Positions 36,735 through 46,329 of a DNA stretch of 64,000 nucleotides are shown here, in pieces. The DNA is from Pseudomonadota bacterium (GTDB taxonomy: Bacteria; Myxococcota_A; Polyangia; Fen-1088). Both the position numbers and the translations under genes were made by a program. Below the pieces are notes generated by a model. The model searched no databases. It was given only the letters and a program-made list of their open reading frames with translations, and was not told the DNA's origin. Position 1 is the stretch's first letter. Each line of letters starts with the position of its first letter. The DNA lies in contig JANOJB010000060.1 in the NCBI GenBank assembly GCA_031407985.1, positions 5,713 to 69,712 of the forward strand, read 5' to 3'.

Positions 36735-38108
36735 CTAACCGGGGACCCGGAGCTGCCAACGGGCAACCAGCCTCGTCGGATCCCCGTCGCACGCGTAAAA
36801 ATCGTCCAGCATGTCGTCCGCGGGAGCGCGCCCGCTGGTAGCACGTTCTTCGAGCGGTTCCAGGAGCGGCAAGTCATTGGGACCGCCGGGCAGGCGGGAC
36901 AAACCATCGCCGGCGATCCTACAAAGTTCAAGCGCCAGCTCCCGGACGGATCTACCCACAAACCGCGCGCCCATACCTTCCTTGGGCACCGCTCGGCGCA
37001 GGACCTCGCGCTCGTCCATGCTCGCGTCCCGCACCAAGTTCCATGCCGCGCGCCGGGCTTCCCTGTCGTCAAGCAGGCCTCGCCACAACGCAGCCAACCC
37101 GGTTGCCATCGGCAGCGGGCCCGCGTCGGCACCACGCACCTCGATGTATTGCTTCAGCCGCACCTCGGGGAACAGCGTCGACAGATGGATGGTCCAGTCC
37201 CGCATGGTCGCGCGCTCTGCGCCCCACCCATCGCGTAGAAATCGACGAAACGTCATCCCGCCCGCGGGATGATAGACGTCGGCGGGACCATGGACGTCGG
37301 ATCGAACCACGAAGAACATCGGGACATCCAGGGCCCACTCGACGTAGTGGCGAAAACCAAAATCGTCACGAAAAACGAATGGCAGCAATCCACAGCGATC
37401 CTCGTCCGTGTCCAACCAGGTCGCGGCCCGAAAACTTCTGTAACCATTCGGTCGCCCTTCACTGATTGACGACGCCGCGAACAACGCGGTCACGATCGAT
37501 GTCACGCCAAAAGCGGTCCGCAACTTCTCGGCGGCGGTGGGCTGGTCGTCGTAGTCGAGGTTCGCTTGCACGGTCGCCGTTCGCTTCATCATGTGATGAC
37601 CCAGACGACCGCGTGGCGGTAGAAAATCACGCATCATCCTGTAGCGACGCTTCGGCAGCCAGGGCAAGGAATCGATCCCGCTGAACGGTTCTAGTCCCAC
37701 GCCCAGAAATCTGATTCCCAGGGCGCCCCCGACATCCTCCATCTCCCGAACGTGATGAAGCAGGTTCGCCCGACATTCCAAGGCGTTGACCAGTGCGGTC
37801 CCAGCGTGCTCTACCTGCCCACCTGGCTCGACGGTTATCTTTTCCTCTTGCCGCTCCAAAGCCAAGAGATGCCCGTCCTCTCGAATACCCTGGTAACCCC
37901 CGGCCTCAAGGCGACGGAGCAACTCCTCAATACCCGCCGGCCCGTCGAACGCAACGGGGCCCCCATTATCGCGAACGGCGATCTTCTCTTGCTCCACGCC
38001 GACCCGCCAGGCAGTCGCCGGCTTACCCGCCGCCTCGAAATAATCAACCAGGTCCTCCACGGACCCCACCGGCACCGGTTGGTCTTCGCTACTGACTGGG
38101 CCTGACAT
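36735..38108 (-). CDS. gshA: Glutamate--cysteine ligase, plant/alpha-proteobacterial type (GSH1 family)
   Basis: Long blocks resemble plant GSH1: PGGQVEHAGTAL, LPKRRYRMMRDFLPPRG, MMKRTATVQANLDY, ALFAASSISEGRPNGY and LLPFVFRDDFGFRHYVEWALDVPMFF. ATG at 38108. Confidence 0.88.
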   Translation of the reverse strand: MSGPVSSEDQPVPVGSVEDLVDYFEAAGKPATAWRVGVEQEKIAVRDNGGPVAFDGPAGIEELLRRLEAGGYQGIREDGHLLALERQEEKITVEPGGQVEHAGTALVNALECRANLLHHVREMEDVGGALGIRFLGVGLEPFSGIDSLPWLPKRRYRMMRDFLPPRGRLGHHMMKRTATVQANLDYDDQPTAAEKLRTAFGVTSIVTALFAASSISEGRPNGYRSFRAATWLDTDEDRCGLLPFVFRDDFGFRHYVEWALDVPMFFVVRSDVHGPADVYHPAGGMTFRRFLRDGWGAERATMRDWTIHLSTLFPEVRLKQYIEVRGADAGPLPMATGLAALWRGLLDDREARRAAWNLVRDASMDEREVLRRAVPKEGMGARFVGRSVRELALELCRIAGDGLSRLPGGPNDLPLLEPLEERATSGRAPADDMLDDFYACDGDPTRLVARWQLRVPG

Positions 38109-38326
38109 ACATGTCCCCAACTCAGCATTTCCGGGGAACCGAAACCTAGCACCCCCCTCCCCTCCGTCAATCGCTCGATTGCCATCAACAACCACATTGA
38201 TGATTCCGCAAAACCTCCCACACTCACCGCTGGAAAGTGGAACCAGGTCCTCTTTGGCGGATGCCCCGCCCGGCGTATACTTCGGACCTTCGCTCGGTCC
38301 CCGACCCGGGCACCGACGGAAGCCAG

Positions 38327-40231
38327 ATGGCCCAGCTCTCGCAATTGTTGCTCTTCGACCCCGACCCCAGTGGCCTCGATACCCTTAGTTACGGATTCGA
38401 GAAGGACGGCTGCTCGGTCACCGCCACGGCCGATCCAGCCAAGGCGCGGGATCTGATCCTGGGCGCCAATCCCGCCTTGGTGGTGATCAACCTCGGCGAC
38501 TCGGAAAAAATCGGCACTGGGCTGCTTCGGTCCACCACTTCGAATCCACGCACCCGGAATCTTCCCTGCGTGGCCATCGGTCGCGAAAGTCTTCGCCGGG
38601 CGGCGATGGATGCCGGTGCATTTGTGTTCCTGTCGACCCCCCTGTTCGTACGCGACGTCCTTGGCGCCTGCAGATTGGTCGCGGCCGCCTCCGTTCCAGG
38701 CAGCCGCCCTTCACCCGACACAGAGCTGTCGCTGAAACTGGCGGAACTGGATGGGTTGTATTTCCTTGTACGGTCCCTCGCGGTTGCCGGACGTTCGGCC
38801 GTAGTCGACCTTCAGGGCGCTACCAAACACGGTGAGCTGCGTTTTATCGACGGCACCTTGACCTCAGCCCAAATGGGGTCGGTCCAGGGCCTTCCCGCCC
38901 TGCATCAGATGTTGTTGTGGGAGGAGGCCTCGCTTCACTTCAAGTTCAAGAACGTGGTCAGGCGTGGCACCCCGCTGTCCATGAAAGGCAGCGAGGTCAT
39001 CGAGGAGTGTGACCGATTTCTTCGAGATTTTGCCCACGAAGCAAAGGATCTCGGATCCGCCCGCACCGTCTACGCGACCGACGGAGACATCATCCACCCA
39101 ACGGCTACACTGCCCAGCGAAGTCATTCCGGTCCTGAAGCTATTTGATGGTCAGCGCGACCTGGCGCAGGTGCTTGATGAAAGCCCCTTTCGGATCTTCG
39201 ACACCTTGAAAATCATCAAGCGGTTTGTCGAAGGAGAAGCCATCCGTGCCAAGACACAGGCGCTTCCGAGGAGCGGCGAGATAGGACCCACGTTGAGCGG
39301 TCCCGGCGCCCTCGACTATTGGCTACAGAAACTGGCCCCCGCACTGGGCGCCGAGGTGGGTGTCGGTATACCTCGGCCTCCTTCCGAAGACCTGCATCGA
39401 AAAACCTCCAGCGGCGGACCCGGTGGAAGGCGCCAGAACGCCGGTTTCACCGGAACCGATACAAATTCGCGGCCCTCGTCACCTTTCGTTGCCGTCAGAG
39501 ACGGACTCACCGGAGCGGACGAGAAAGCGACCTCCGGCGGTCGCACAAGAACCATCACGAGGAAGGAACACGTCCCCAAACCATCGGTTCCGGCGATCGC
39601 TCCAGAGGACATCGTCACACCCCCACCGGTGGTGCAGGCCGCCGCCACGCCGCCACCAGTAATGGAACCCGTCGCCACGCCGCCCCCAGTAATGCAACCC
39701 GTCGCCACGCCGCCACCAGTGATGCAATCCGTCTCCGCACCGCCACCAGTGATGCAGACTCCCGATACGCCTCCAGCCGCATTGCAAGCCACTGAAGCGG
39801 CATCGAAACCAGCTGTTGCAAGAGGTGAGATCAAGGTGGCGGTAGCGTCCTCACGTCAAACTGGATCCATGCCCGCGGAGGGTACCCCCTCTGTTCTTGT
39901 GGAGATCGGTCCCCTGCCGACCACTTTTTTGCCGCCCGGCGCCACCGAGCCGGTGCCTGGCGGCGAGAACCCAGCACCGCCTACGGTGATCGTCCAACAC
40001 ATGACACCGCCGCCAGTCGCGGCCGAGCGACAACGCAAGTACACCCCGACGCCGGGCATAGACGCGAAACGCAACCCGCGATCTCCAGCCGATAGCTTCA
40101 ACGCTGTGGAGGCGGACTTCTTCGAACGTGAGGCTGACCTCTACAAGCGCGAATCCGTCGAGAACTTCGAGGATCTGGATGGTGCATCCCGAAGCGCCCG
40201 TCGACCGAACGGTCCCTCCCGCAAGGGCTGA
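38327..40231 (+). CDS. Pseudo-receiver + DUF4388 (PATAN-like) protein with Pro-rich repeat tail
   Basis: GGAAG RBS lies before ATG 38327. The receiver-like fold lacks the acidic pocket and phospho-Asp (LLLFDPDPS, ALVVINLGD). The DUF4388-like block is LDGLYFLVRSLAVAGRSAVVDL..GELRFIDGTL.. The C-terminal half is Pro-rich. Confidence 0.75.
   Translation: MAQLSQLLLFDPDPSGLDTLSYGFEKDGCSVTATADPAKARDLILGANPALVVINLGDSEKIGTGLLRSTTSNPRTRNLPCVAIGRESLRRAAMDAGAFVFLSTPLFVRDVLGACRLVAAASVPGSRPSPDTELSLKLAELDGLYFLVRSLAVAGRSAVVDLQGATKHGELRFIDGTLTSAQMGSVQGLPALHQMLLWEEASLHFKFKNVVRRGTPLSMKGSEVIEECDRFLRDFAHEAKDLGSARTVYATDGDIIHPTATLPSEVIPVLKLFDGQRDLAQVLDESPFRIFDTLKIIKRFVEGEAIRAKTQALPRSGEIGPTLSGPGALDYWLQKLAPALGAEVGVGIPRPPSEDLHRKTSSGGPGGRRQNAGFTGTDTNSRPSSPFVAVRDGLTGADEKATSGGRTRTITRKEHVPKPSVPAIAPEDIVTPPPVVQAAATPPPVMEPVATPPPVMQPVATPPPVMQSVSAPPPVMQTPDTPPAALQATEAASKPAVARGEIKVAVASSRQTGSMPAEGTPSVLVEIGPLPTTFLPPGATEPVPGGENPAPPTVIVQHMTPPPVAAERQRKYTPTPGIDAKRNPRSPADSFNAVEADFFEREADLYKRESVENFEDLDGASRSARRPNGPSRKG
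39614..39763 (+). repeat. Five in-frame 30-bp tandem repeats encoding (A/S)(T/A)PPPVMQxV decapeptides
   Basis: The units encode VTPPPVVQAA, ATPPPVMEPV, ATPPPVMQPV, ATPPPVMQSV and SAPPPVMQTP, read directly from the sequence. Confidence 0.9.
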
Positions 40232-40249
40232 CGTGACTGGTTAGCGCCC

Positions 40250-40915
40250 TTAGCGCCCCGCCCAGACAAGATCCGCGCGGCCCATCGGTCCGGCGATCCG
40301 AAGAATGATGCGCCCGGAGCGTTCGCCCGCGAAATCATCTCCCTTACCGGCGGTACGTGGGAACCGGACCAAATAGGTCCTGGTAAAGGGAGTCTTCGCA
40401 GGGAAGAACTCTCGCTCGAAAATGTCTGGCAACTTCTCAATCTTCAGTTCGTCGGGAACAATTTCTCGACCCAACCCGTCAGCCAGCGTTACCCGCCAGG
40501 GCGAGTTCTTCTTTTCGAGATCATTCCAACGGTAGTTCGCGCTCTGCGCCGTCACGAGGAACTCGTACCCAGCCAGCGCGAATTCGCGCTGGGCGGCCCG
40601 CAGCCGTGTCCGATCGGCGTCGGCCAAAGAATACAATTCGGAGTAGTGCGCAACGAAGGCTTCGCGAAAATCCAGGCTCTTGTAGGTCGCCCATACTTCC
40701 AACGCGGATTCCACTGCGTGAACGACCGTCTCATGACGTGTCCAACGCTCGTAGACCTCGGGATAGTCCTCCGAACGGTAGTCACGCGGCACATCCGAAA
40801 AACTCACAACCGGGGGCTTCGGGGCCGTACACCCGCACGTGATCAATAGCGCCAAACACAACAACGACCAGGGTCCGTTGTGCGAATCCAACTTCCTGTC
40901 GGCGGGTTGACTCAC
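40250..40915 (-). CDS. Hypothetical lipoprotein
   Basis: Lipobox LLITCGC. No family recognised. The start overlaps the pyrE stop by 4 nt. Confidence 0.7.
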   Translation of the reverse strand: MSQPADRKLDSHNGPWSLLCLALLITCGCTAPKPPVVSFSDVPRDYRSEDYPEVYERWTRHETVVHAVESALEVWATYKSLDFREAFVAHYSELYSLADADRTRLRAAQREFALAGYEFLVTAQSANYRWNDLEKKNSPWRVTLADGLGREIVPDELKIEKLPDIFEREFFPAKTPFTRTYLVRFPRTAGKGDDFAGERSGRIILRIAGPMGRADLVWAGR

Positions 40916-41487
40916 CCGAAGTCCCGCTTTCGAAACAGCGTCACCACGGGCGCTTCTCGCTCCAGCGCTTCCCGTCCACCTTCCTCCCGATCCACCAAAC
41001 CCACGACCAGCTTAACCTCCAAGCCGAACTCTCGGACCCGCGTTATCGCTTTCAGCGCCGATCCTCCGGTTGTCACAACGTCCTCCAAGATCGCGACAGG
41101 CATTCCCGGGCTCAGGGATTTCGCTCCCTCGATCCACTGACCCGTGCCGTGCCCCTTGGGCTCTTTACGCACGTAGAACGCAGCGAGTGCCCTCCCCGAA
41201 ACGTAGCTGAGAGTGGAAACGGCTGAGGCCAGGGGATCAGCGCCCATCGTCAAGCCACCAATCGCCTCGACGGAGGGGGCCCGTTCCCGCAGCAGTCCCA
41301 GCATCAGCGAACCGACCAGGAAGTGACCCTCCGCCGTCAGAACGGTCTGCTTGCAGTCGATATAGAAATCACTCTTCTGACCCGAGGCCAGAGTGACCTC
41401 CCGGCGCTCGTAGGAAAGGCGCGCCATCTGCACAAGCAACCGCGCACGCTTCAACTCGAAAAGTTCATCGCCCAGAATTTCCACCAT
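40912..41487 (-). CDS. pyrE: Orotate phosphoribosyltransferase
   Basis: SGQKSDFYIDCK and the PRPP-binding VAILEDVVTTGGS motif. Confidence 0.9.
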   Translation of the reverse strand: MVEILGDELFELKRARLLVQMARLSYERREVTLASGQKSDFYIDCKQTVLTAEGHFLVGSLMLGLLRERAPSVEAIGGLTMGADPLASAVSTLSYVSGRALAAFYVRKEPKGHGTGQWIEGAKSLSPGMPVAILEDVVTTGGSALKAITRVREFGLEVKLVVGLVDREEGGREALEREAPVVTLFRKRDFG

Positions 41488-41643
41488 GGTGGCGACATTT
41501 GTACCACCGGGTGACCTCGAACAAAGCGGAGATTGCTTACACCCTGCTTACGCTGGCCAATCACGCTCACGCAAGCGGACCCGGCAGTGCGGGACCGCCT
41601 GGTTCGTGATTGCGGTCGTCGGCTCCGTGACTGGATCGGCTAC

Positions 41644-42402
41644 TTACAGGCCATCAAGGATGTTGTCGTTGATGTCCCGCTTGCCGGGGATCCGCGCGCC
41701 AGTCTTTGGCGCCTCGGGCGTCGACGCCGAACCGCCTCTGGTCTTGGAACGCACCTTGGCTTGCCGCTCCTCGGCCACCTCGTTCCTCCTCTGTAGGGCT
41801 TCCGCGCGAATCTGCGCCCGCTCCGCATCGGTCTTTGCGGCCTTCAGCCGGTCATCCATATCCTTCGTGATGGCCGTAATCCGTTTCTCCAACTCGGCCT
41901 GGGCCGCCCTGGCGGCGGTACGATCCTGCTCGGCCTTCTTCTGGGCTTCGGCAATTTCTTGCCTGTTGGCCGCCTGAATCTTGTATACGATCACGCCGCC
42001 GACCAGCGCCAAGACCAGTGCCACGGCCGCTATCGCTTTTAGCGGTGACTTGCCGACGCGCGACTGAATCTCAAGCCGCATCTTTTGCTCACGCAGTTTC
42101 ATCTCGCCATCGACCCGGGCCCGGCGGTCCGCGTCTTCGACCCGAAGATGCTCCTCGCGAATCTTGGCGGCCTTTTCTTCCTCGATCCGCCGCAGGCGAT
42201 CCTCCTCGGCCAACCGACGGCTTTCCTCTTCCTCCCGCAGCCGCTTTTCCGCCACTTCCTTGGCGAGTCGCTCGGCCTCCACACGAGCGCGGGCATCATC
42301 CTGTTCGCGCTTTACGCGATCATCCTCGATGCCACGCAACTCTTTCAAAGCGACAAGAACAGAGTTCTCGCGGCGTTCGGACATCTGATCCCTTTCGCTC
42401 AA
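41644..42402 (-). CDS. Bitopic coiled-coil protein (Glu/Arg-rich, central TM helix)
   Basis: Charged heptad-like N-terminal half, TM helix PLKAIAAVALVLALVGGVIVY, a second coiled-coil segment, and tail DINDNILDGL. Confidence 0.65.
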   Translation of the reverse strand: MSERDQMSERRENSVLVALKELRGIEDDRVKREQDDARARVEAERLAKEVAEKRLREEEESRRLAEEDRLRRIEEEKAAKIREEHLRVEDADRRARVDGEMKLREQKMRLEIQSRVGKSPLKAIAAVALVLALVGGVIVYKIQAANRQEIAEAQKKAEQDRTAARAAQAELEKRITAITKDMDDRLKAAKTDAERAQIRAEALQRRNEVAEERQAKVRSKTRGGSASTPEAPKTGARIPGKRDINDNILDGL

Positions 42403-42460
42403 AGTTCTTCCTCTAAGGTGAAGGTGACGGTTGTCTCTAACATGAAACCCATTCGGCAGC

Positions 42461-42967
42461 TCATTTCATCTTCTTCAATAGGTCGTCGATCGCATCCGGT
42501 CTGTACGACGTGGTCTTGCTTGCATCCGGCTTTCCGGTCGACTTTGAGGCGAGCTTGGTCCCCTTCCCTCCGCGCGAGGCACGGCCACGATGCCCGCTGC
42601 TGGCCTTCGCGGACTTCCCGTTCACTGCCGTAGTTGCCGAAGCTCCCGTGGTGGACGTGGCGGCGGCTGCCATAGCCTCGGCATTCTGTTTTTTGGCCGC
42701 GACAGCCGCTTCTCGTTCAGCCTTGGCCGCTGCGACGGCGGCCAGGGCCATGGCAACCTTTCCTTCGGCTTCCGCTTTGACCTTCGCGATTGCTTCGGCT
42801 TTCGCGATATGAGCCTGGGTCTGACGGGTTTGGTGATTGACCATTGCGGCGACCAACCCAATCACCGAAATCAGCAACAGCCCTCCGGCAATCCACGCCG
42901 TCTTGACCGCCCAGTGACGCCTGTCACCGGGTAGCTCGAACTTTGGTAACACCACTGGTTGGCCCAT
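42461..42967 (-). CDS. Bitopic Ala/Lys-rich coiled-coil protein
   Basis: TM helix AWIAGGLLLISVIGLVAAMV, an Ala/Lys/Glu-rich helix, a basic Ser/Thr/Lys tail, and the ending DAIDDLLKKMK. Confidence 0.6.
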   Translation of the reverse strand: MGQPVVLPKFELPGDRRHWAVKTAWIAGGLLLISVIGLVAAMVNHQTRQTQAHIAKAEAIAKVKAEAEGKVAMALAAVAAAKAEREAAVAAKKQNAEAMAAAATSTTGASATTAVNGKSAKASSGHRGRASRGGKGTKLASKSTGKPDASKTTSYRPDAIDDLLKKMK

Positions 42968-43182
42968 TCTTTACCTGCCCTTCCTGGGGTCGGGGTCGGG
43001 GTGACGCTATTCTAGCTGGTTCCGCAACCGTTGAGCGTCGGTGTTGCGCAACGACTAATGCCGCCTATCACTGTATTCCGAACCCTCGTGGGCGGCCATC
43101 GAAAGAATCAGCCCTCGTCGGGTCCAGTCTGCCGGAGCGGCAGTGTAGCGCGCTTCCGTTGGGCGAGCTATCGTGCACCGAC

Positions 43183-43911
43183 ATGTCAGGCTTCGTGGAT
43201 CTCCACGCCCACCACCTTTTTGCCATCGACGACGGTGCCCCCGACATCCAAGTCGCGATTCAAATGGTTACGACGGTCGCGGAGTTGGGGTTCTCGGATC
43301 TTTACGCAACGCCCCACCAGCGCTCGGGAATGTTCCTGCCCACCAGAGAGGAGATCGACGCCGCTCTCGGCCTGTTAAACGAGACGCTGCGCGGCACCGG
43401 AGGTCCCCACGTGGGGTTGGGCTTCGAGAATTTTTGGGACGACGTGCTGCTGCGCCGCATGGGCGAAAAGGCGATTCCCAGTTACGACGACGGATCGGCC
43501 TTCCTGTTCGAGGTGACCACCCAACTGATGCCCAGTGGAATCGAGAGCACCCTCTTCGATCTGCGGATCGCCGGCAAGCTACCCGTGATGGCGCATCCCG
43601 AGCGTTATCACGCGATCCAAACCAACATCGATCGAGCGGAGGTTCTGGGACGCACGGCCGCCTTGGTCGTCGATTTGGGGGCTCTCGACGGAGCCCATGG
43701 AAAGGCCGAAATGCGCTGTGCACGTCAGCTTCTTTCTGACGGCCTCGCGCACGCCGCCGCGACCGACATTCACAGCCCTGACGACGGGCGGTCGATTGCC
43801 GCTGGAATATCCTGGATTCGCAAGCACCTCGGCCCGGACACATTGCGAACGCTTCTTTGCGACAATCCCCGGCGCATTCTGGCGGGTGACCTCCCCGATC
43901 AAGGACGATGA
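43183..43911 (+). CDS. PHP-domain protein-tyrosine phosphatase (CpsB/YwqE-like)
   Basis: [22 protein letters not shown] and ATDIHSP motifs are characteristic of CpsB/CapC PHP phosphatases. ATG at 43183. Confidence 0.78.
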   Translation: MSGFVDLHAHHLFAIDDGAPDIQVAIQMVTTVAELGFSDLYATPHQRSGMFLPTREEIDAALGLLNETLRGTGGPHVGLGFENFWDDVLLRRMGEKAIPSYDDGSAFLFEVTTQLMPSGIESTLFDLRIAGKLPVMAHPERYHAIQTNIDRAEVLGRTAALVVDLGALDGAHGKAEMRCARQLLSDGLAHAAATDIHSPDDGRSIAAGISWIRKHLGPDTLRTLLCDNPRRILAGDLPDQGR

Positions 43912-43927
43912 CTGCGGAGCAAGCGGC

Positions 43928-44980
43928 GTGAAGCTGGCTTGGAAGATTCTCGCCTCGGCCCTCGTGACGGCCGCGTGCGTCTACTATGCGCTTCACGGTG
44001 TCGACAAGACTCAGGCAATCGCCGAACTGCGCGCGCTGCCGACGATCGGTGCGTTGTTGTACCTCGTGACACTGGCCCTGACCCATTTGTTCCGTGCCTG
44101 GCGCTGGGAGTACCTGTTGAGGCCGGTGGGCGTATCGATTCCCCTGCGAAGGCTCTTACCGATCTCGTCAGTGGGCTTCATGGCCATCCTGGTGCTGCCG
44201 ATGCGCCTGGGTGAGTTCGTGCGTCCCTACTATGTGGCGCGTGAGGGACACGTTCGCATGAGCACGGCTTTGGGCACCGTCGCGGTCGAAAGAATCATCG
44301 ACGGCTTGATGATTTCGATTCTGTTCTTCGGCTCCTATTTGGTATCGGAGGGTGAGCTCTATCCTCGCGAATTGCGTGTCGCGGCGTGGCTATCCTTGGG
44401 GGCATTCCTGGGACTGACAACATTCCTGGCTCTGGCACTGCTGCAAACCGAGCTGACCATTCGTGTATTTCTCAAACTATCGCTGATGCGCGTCCTGGCC
44501 CCGTCGCGTGCCGACCGAATCGCCGACAAGATCCGTTCGATGATTTCCGGTTTCAGGGTGCTGACCGACGCTCGTAATTTCGGACGATTTCTGGGCCTAA
44601 CGGTCGCGTACTGGGGCTCCAACGGGATTGGCATGTGGCTGCTCGCCCGGCAGATGAACCTACCGATTTCACTGGGAGCTGCCTTCACGACCATGGCCTT
44701 CACGGGCGTGGTGCTCAGTTTGCCCAACGCCCCGGGACTGGTCGGTCAGTTTCATGCCGGAATCAAGATGTCTCTGGGGGCCTACCTCCCGCTTGCCGTC
44801 GTCAACTCAAAGGGGTTTGCCTATTCGGTGGTTCTCCACGGCTTGCAGACCGTTTGGTACGTGGGGGTTGGGATCATCGCGCTGGCGGTTGTTTCAGGCG
44901 GACGAAGGGGATACCTGCGCGACGCGCTGAAGGCGTCGACAAGCGCCGCCGAGACTCCGGAAGTCGAGCCTGCCACATGA
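43928..44980 (+). CDS. Polytopic membrane protein, UPF0104 / lysylphosphatidylglycerol-synthase TM-region-like
   Basis: About 8 TM helices. The N-terminal KILASALVTAACVYYAL...RAWRWEYLLRP pattern is typical of this family. GTG at 43928. Confidence 0.72.
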   Translation: MKLAWKILASALVTAACVYYALHGVDKTQAIAELRALPTIGALLYLVTLALTHLFRAWRWEYLLRPVGVSIPLRRLLPISSVGFMAILVLPMRLGEFVRPYYVAREGHVRMSTALGTVAVERIIDGLMISILFFGSYLVSEGELYPRELRVAAWLSLGAFLGLTTFLALALLQTELTIRVFLKLSLMRVLAPSRADRIADKIRSMISGFRVLTDARNFGRFLGLTVAYWGSNGIGMWLLARQMNLPISLGAAFTTMAFTGVVLSLPNAPGLVGQFHAGIKMSLGAYLPLAVVNSKGFAYSVVLHGLQTVWYVGVGIIALAVVSGGRRGYLRDALKASTSAAETPEVEPAT

Positions 44981-46044
44981 CCTCGGCGAAGAGCATCCCA
45001 ACGGCCATCGATCTGCGCAGCGACACGGTGACGCGACCGTCGGTGGGAATGCGGGCAGCCCTGGCGGCCGCGGAGGTCGGAGATGACGTTCTCGGTGATG
45101 ATCCGACCGTTGATCGCCTGCAACGCCGAGTCGCCGCCCTCCTGGGTCAGCAAGCCTCCCTGTTCGTTCCGTCGGGCTCGATGGCCAATCAGATCGCGCT
45201 TCTGATTCACTGCCGACCGGGCGACGAGGTCATCGTCGGCGAAGGAGCGCATACCGCCTTTCACGAGGCCGGGGCCGCGTCCGCGATCGCGGGTGTTCAG
45301 TTGGTCACCGTCGGGCCGGGACGCGACGGCACGTTCACGGGAGAAGATGTCGCCGCCGCGACGAAGCTGGAAAGTCGACTGGCTCCCCCGACGCGCTTGG
45401 TTTGCGTCGAAAACACCCACAATCGCGGCGGCGGGATCGTGTGGTCCCAGGGCGATCTGGACGATGTGATTCAGACGGCGCGGGGGCGTGGACTTGCCCT
45501 ACATCTGGACGGCGCCCGGTTGATGAATGCCGCGGTGGCCTGTGGCCGCTCGGCGGCGGAACTGGCGGCACCTTTTGACACTGTCGCGTTCGCGTTTTCG
45601 AAAGCGCTGGGTGCTCCGGTTGGATCCGTCATCGCTGGACGAATCTCCGACATCGAACACGCTGCTCGCCTGCGCAAGATGCTGGGCGGCGGCATGCGCC
45701 AGGTTGGGATTCTGGCGGCCGCCGCGTTGTGGGCATTGGACCACAACGTGGATCGGATTGCGGAAGATCACGCCAACGCGAGATTGCTCGCCGAACGCCT
45801 GGCGGATCTGGCGGGAGTATCCGTCAATCTGTCCCGCGTACAAACCAACATCGTGATGGCCGATCTCGGGGAATCCCTCCCACCTGCCGCGCATATCGTC
45901 GCGGCACTGGACGCGCAGGGGGTCAAGGTGCTCGCGTTCGCCCCGAGGCGAATCCGACTGGTGACCCACCTCGATGTCGATCGCCCCGCCTGTCAAGAAG
46001 CGGCGGATCGGATCGCGGACGTCCTGGCGCGCTTGCGGATCTGA
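44977..46044 (+). CDS. ltaE: Low-specificity L-threonine aldolase
   Basis: IDLRSDTVTRPS, GDDVLGDDPTV, SGSMANQIAL and FSKALGAPVGS (PLP Lys). ATGA overlap with the upstream gene. Confidence 0.88.
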   Translation: MTSAKSIPTAIDLRSDTVTRPSVGMRAALAAAEVGDDVLGDDPTVDRLQRRVAALLGQQASLFVPSGSMANQIALLIHCRPGDEVIVGEGAHTAFHEAGAASAIAGVQLVTVGPGRDGTFTGEDVAAATKLESRLAPPTRLVCVENTHNRGGGIVWSQGDLDDVIQTARGRGLALHLDGARLMNAAVACGRSAAELAAPFDTVAFAFSKALGAPVGSVIAGRISDIEHAARLRKMLGGGMRQVGILAAAALWALDHNVDRIAEDHANARLLAERLADLAGVSVNLSRVQTNIVMADLGESLPPAAHIVAALDAQGVKVLAFAPRRIRLVTHLDVDRPACQEAADRIADVLARLRI

Positions 46045-46266
46045 TCAGCCCGGGTCCAGTTCCACTAGGACCGCGCCCTCTTCGACAGATGCGCCCTGTT
46101 GGATCAGCACGGCGCTGACCCGTCCCGGGGCGGGTGATTCGACCGGCATCTCCATCTTCATCGATTCCAAGATCACCAGCGTCTGCCCCTCAATGACGGA
46201 GTCCCCAGGGGAGACTTCGATCTTCCAGACCGTGCCAGTCATGTGCGCGCGTACGCTGATAAGCAT
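46045..46266 (-). CDS. Small biotinyl/lipoyl-domain protein (biotin carboxyl carrier-like)
   Basis: The 73-aa product carries the biotinylation motif LESMKMEMPV. Confidence 0.8.
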   Translation of the reverse strand: MLISVRAHMTGTVWKIEVSPGDSVIEGQTLVILESMKMEMPVESPAPGRVSAVLIQQGASVEEGAVLVELDPG

Positions 46267-46329
46267 GTGCGGTTGGACAGTAGAAGCCAGTCCGCCGGAT
46301 CGGTCAAGTCAAGACGCTGCTGCCCGCGG

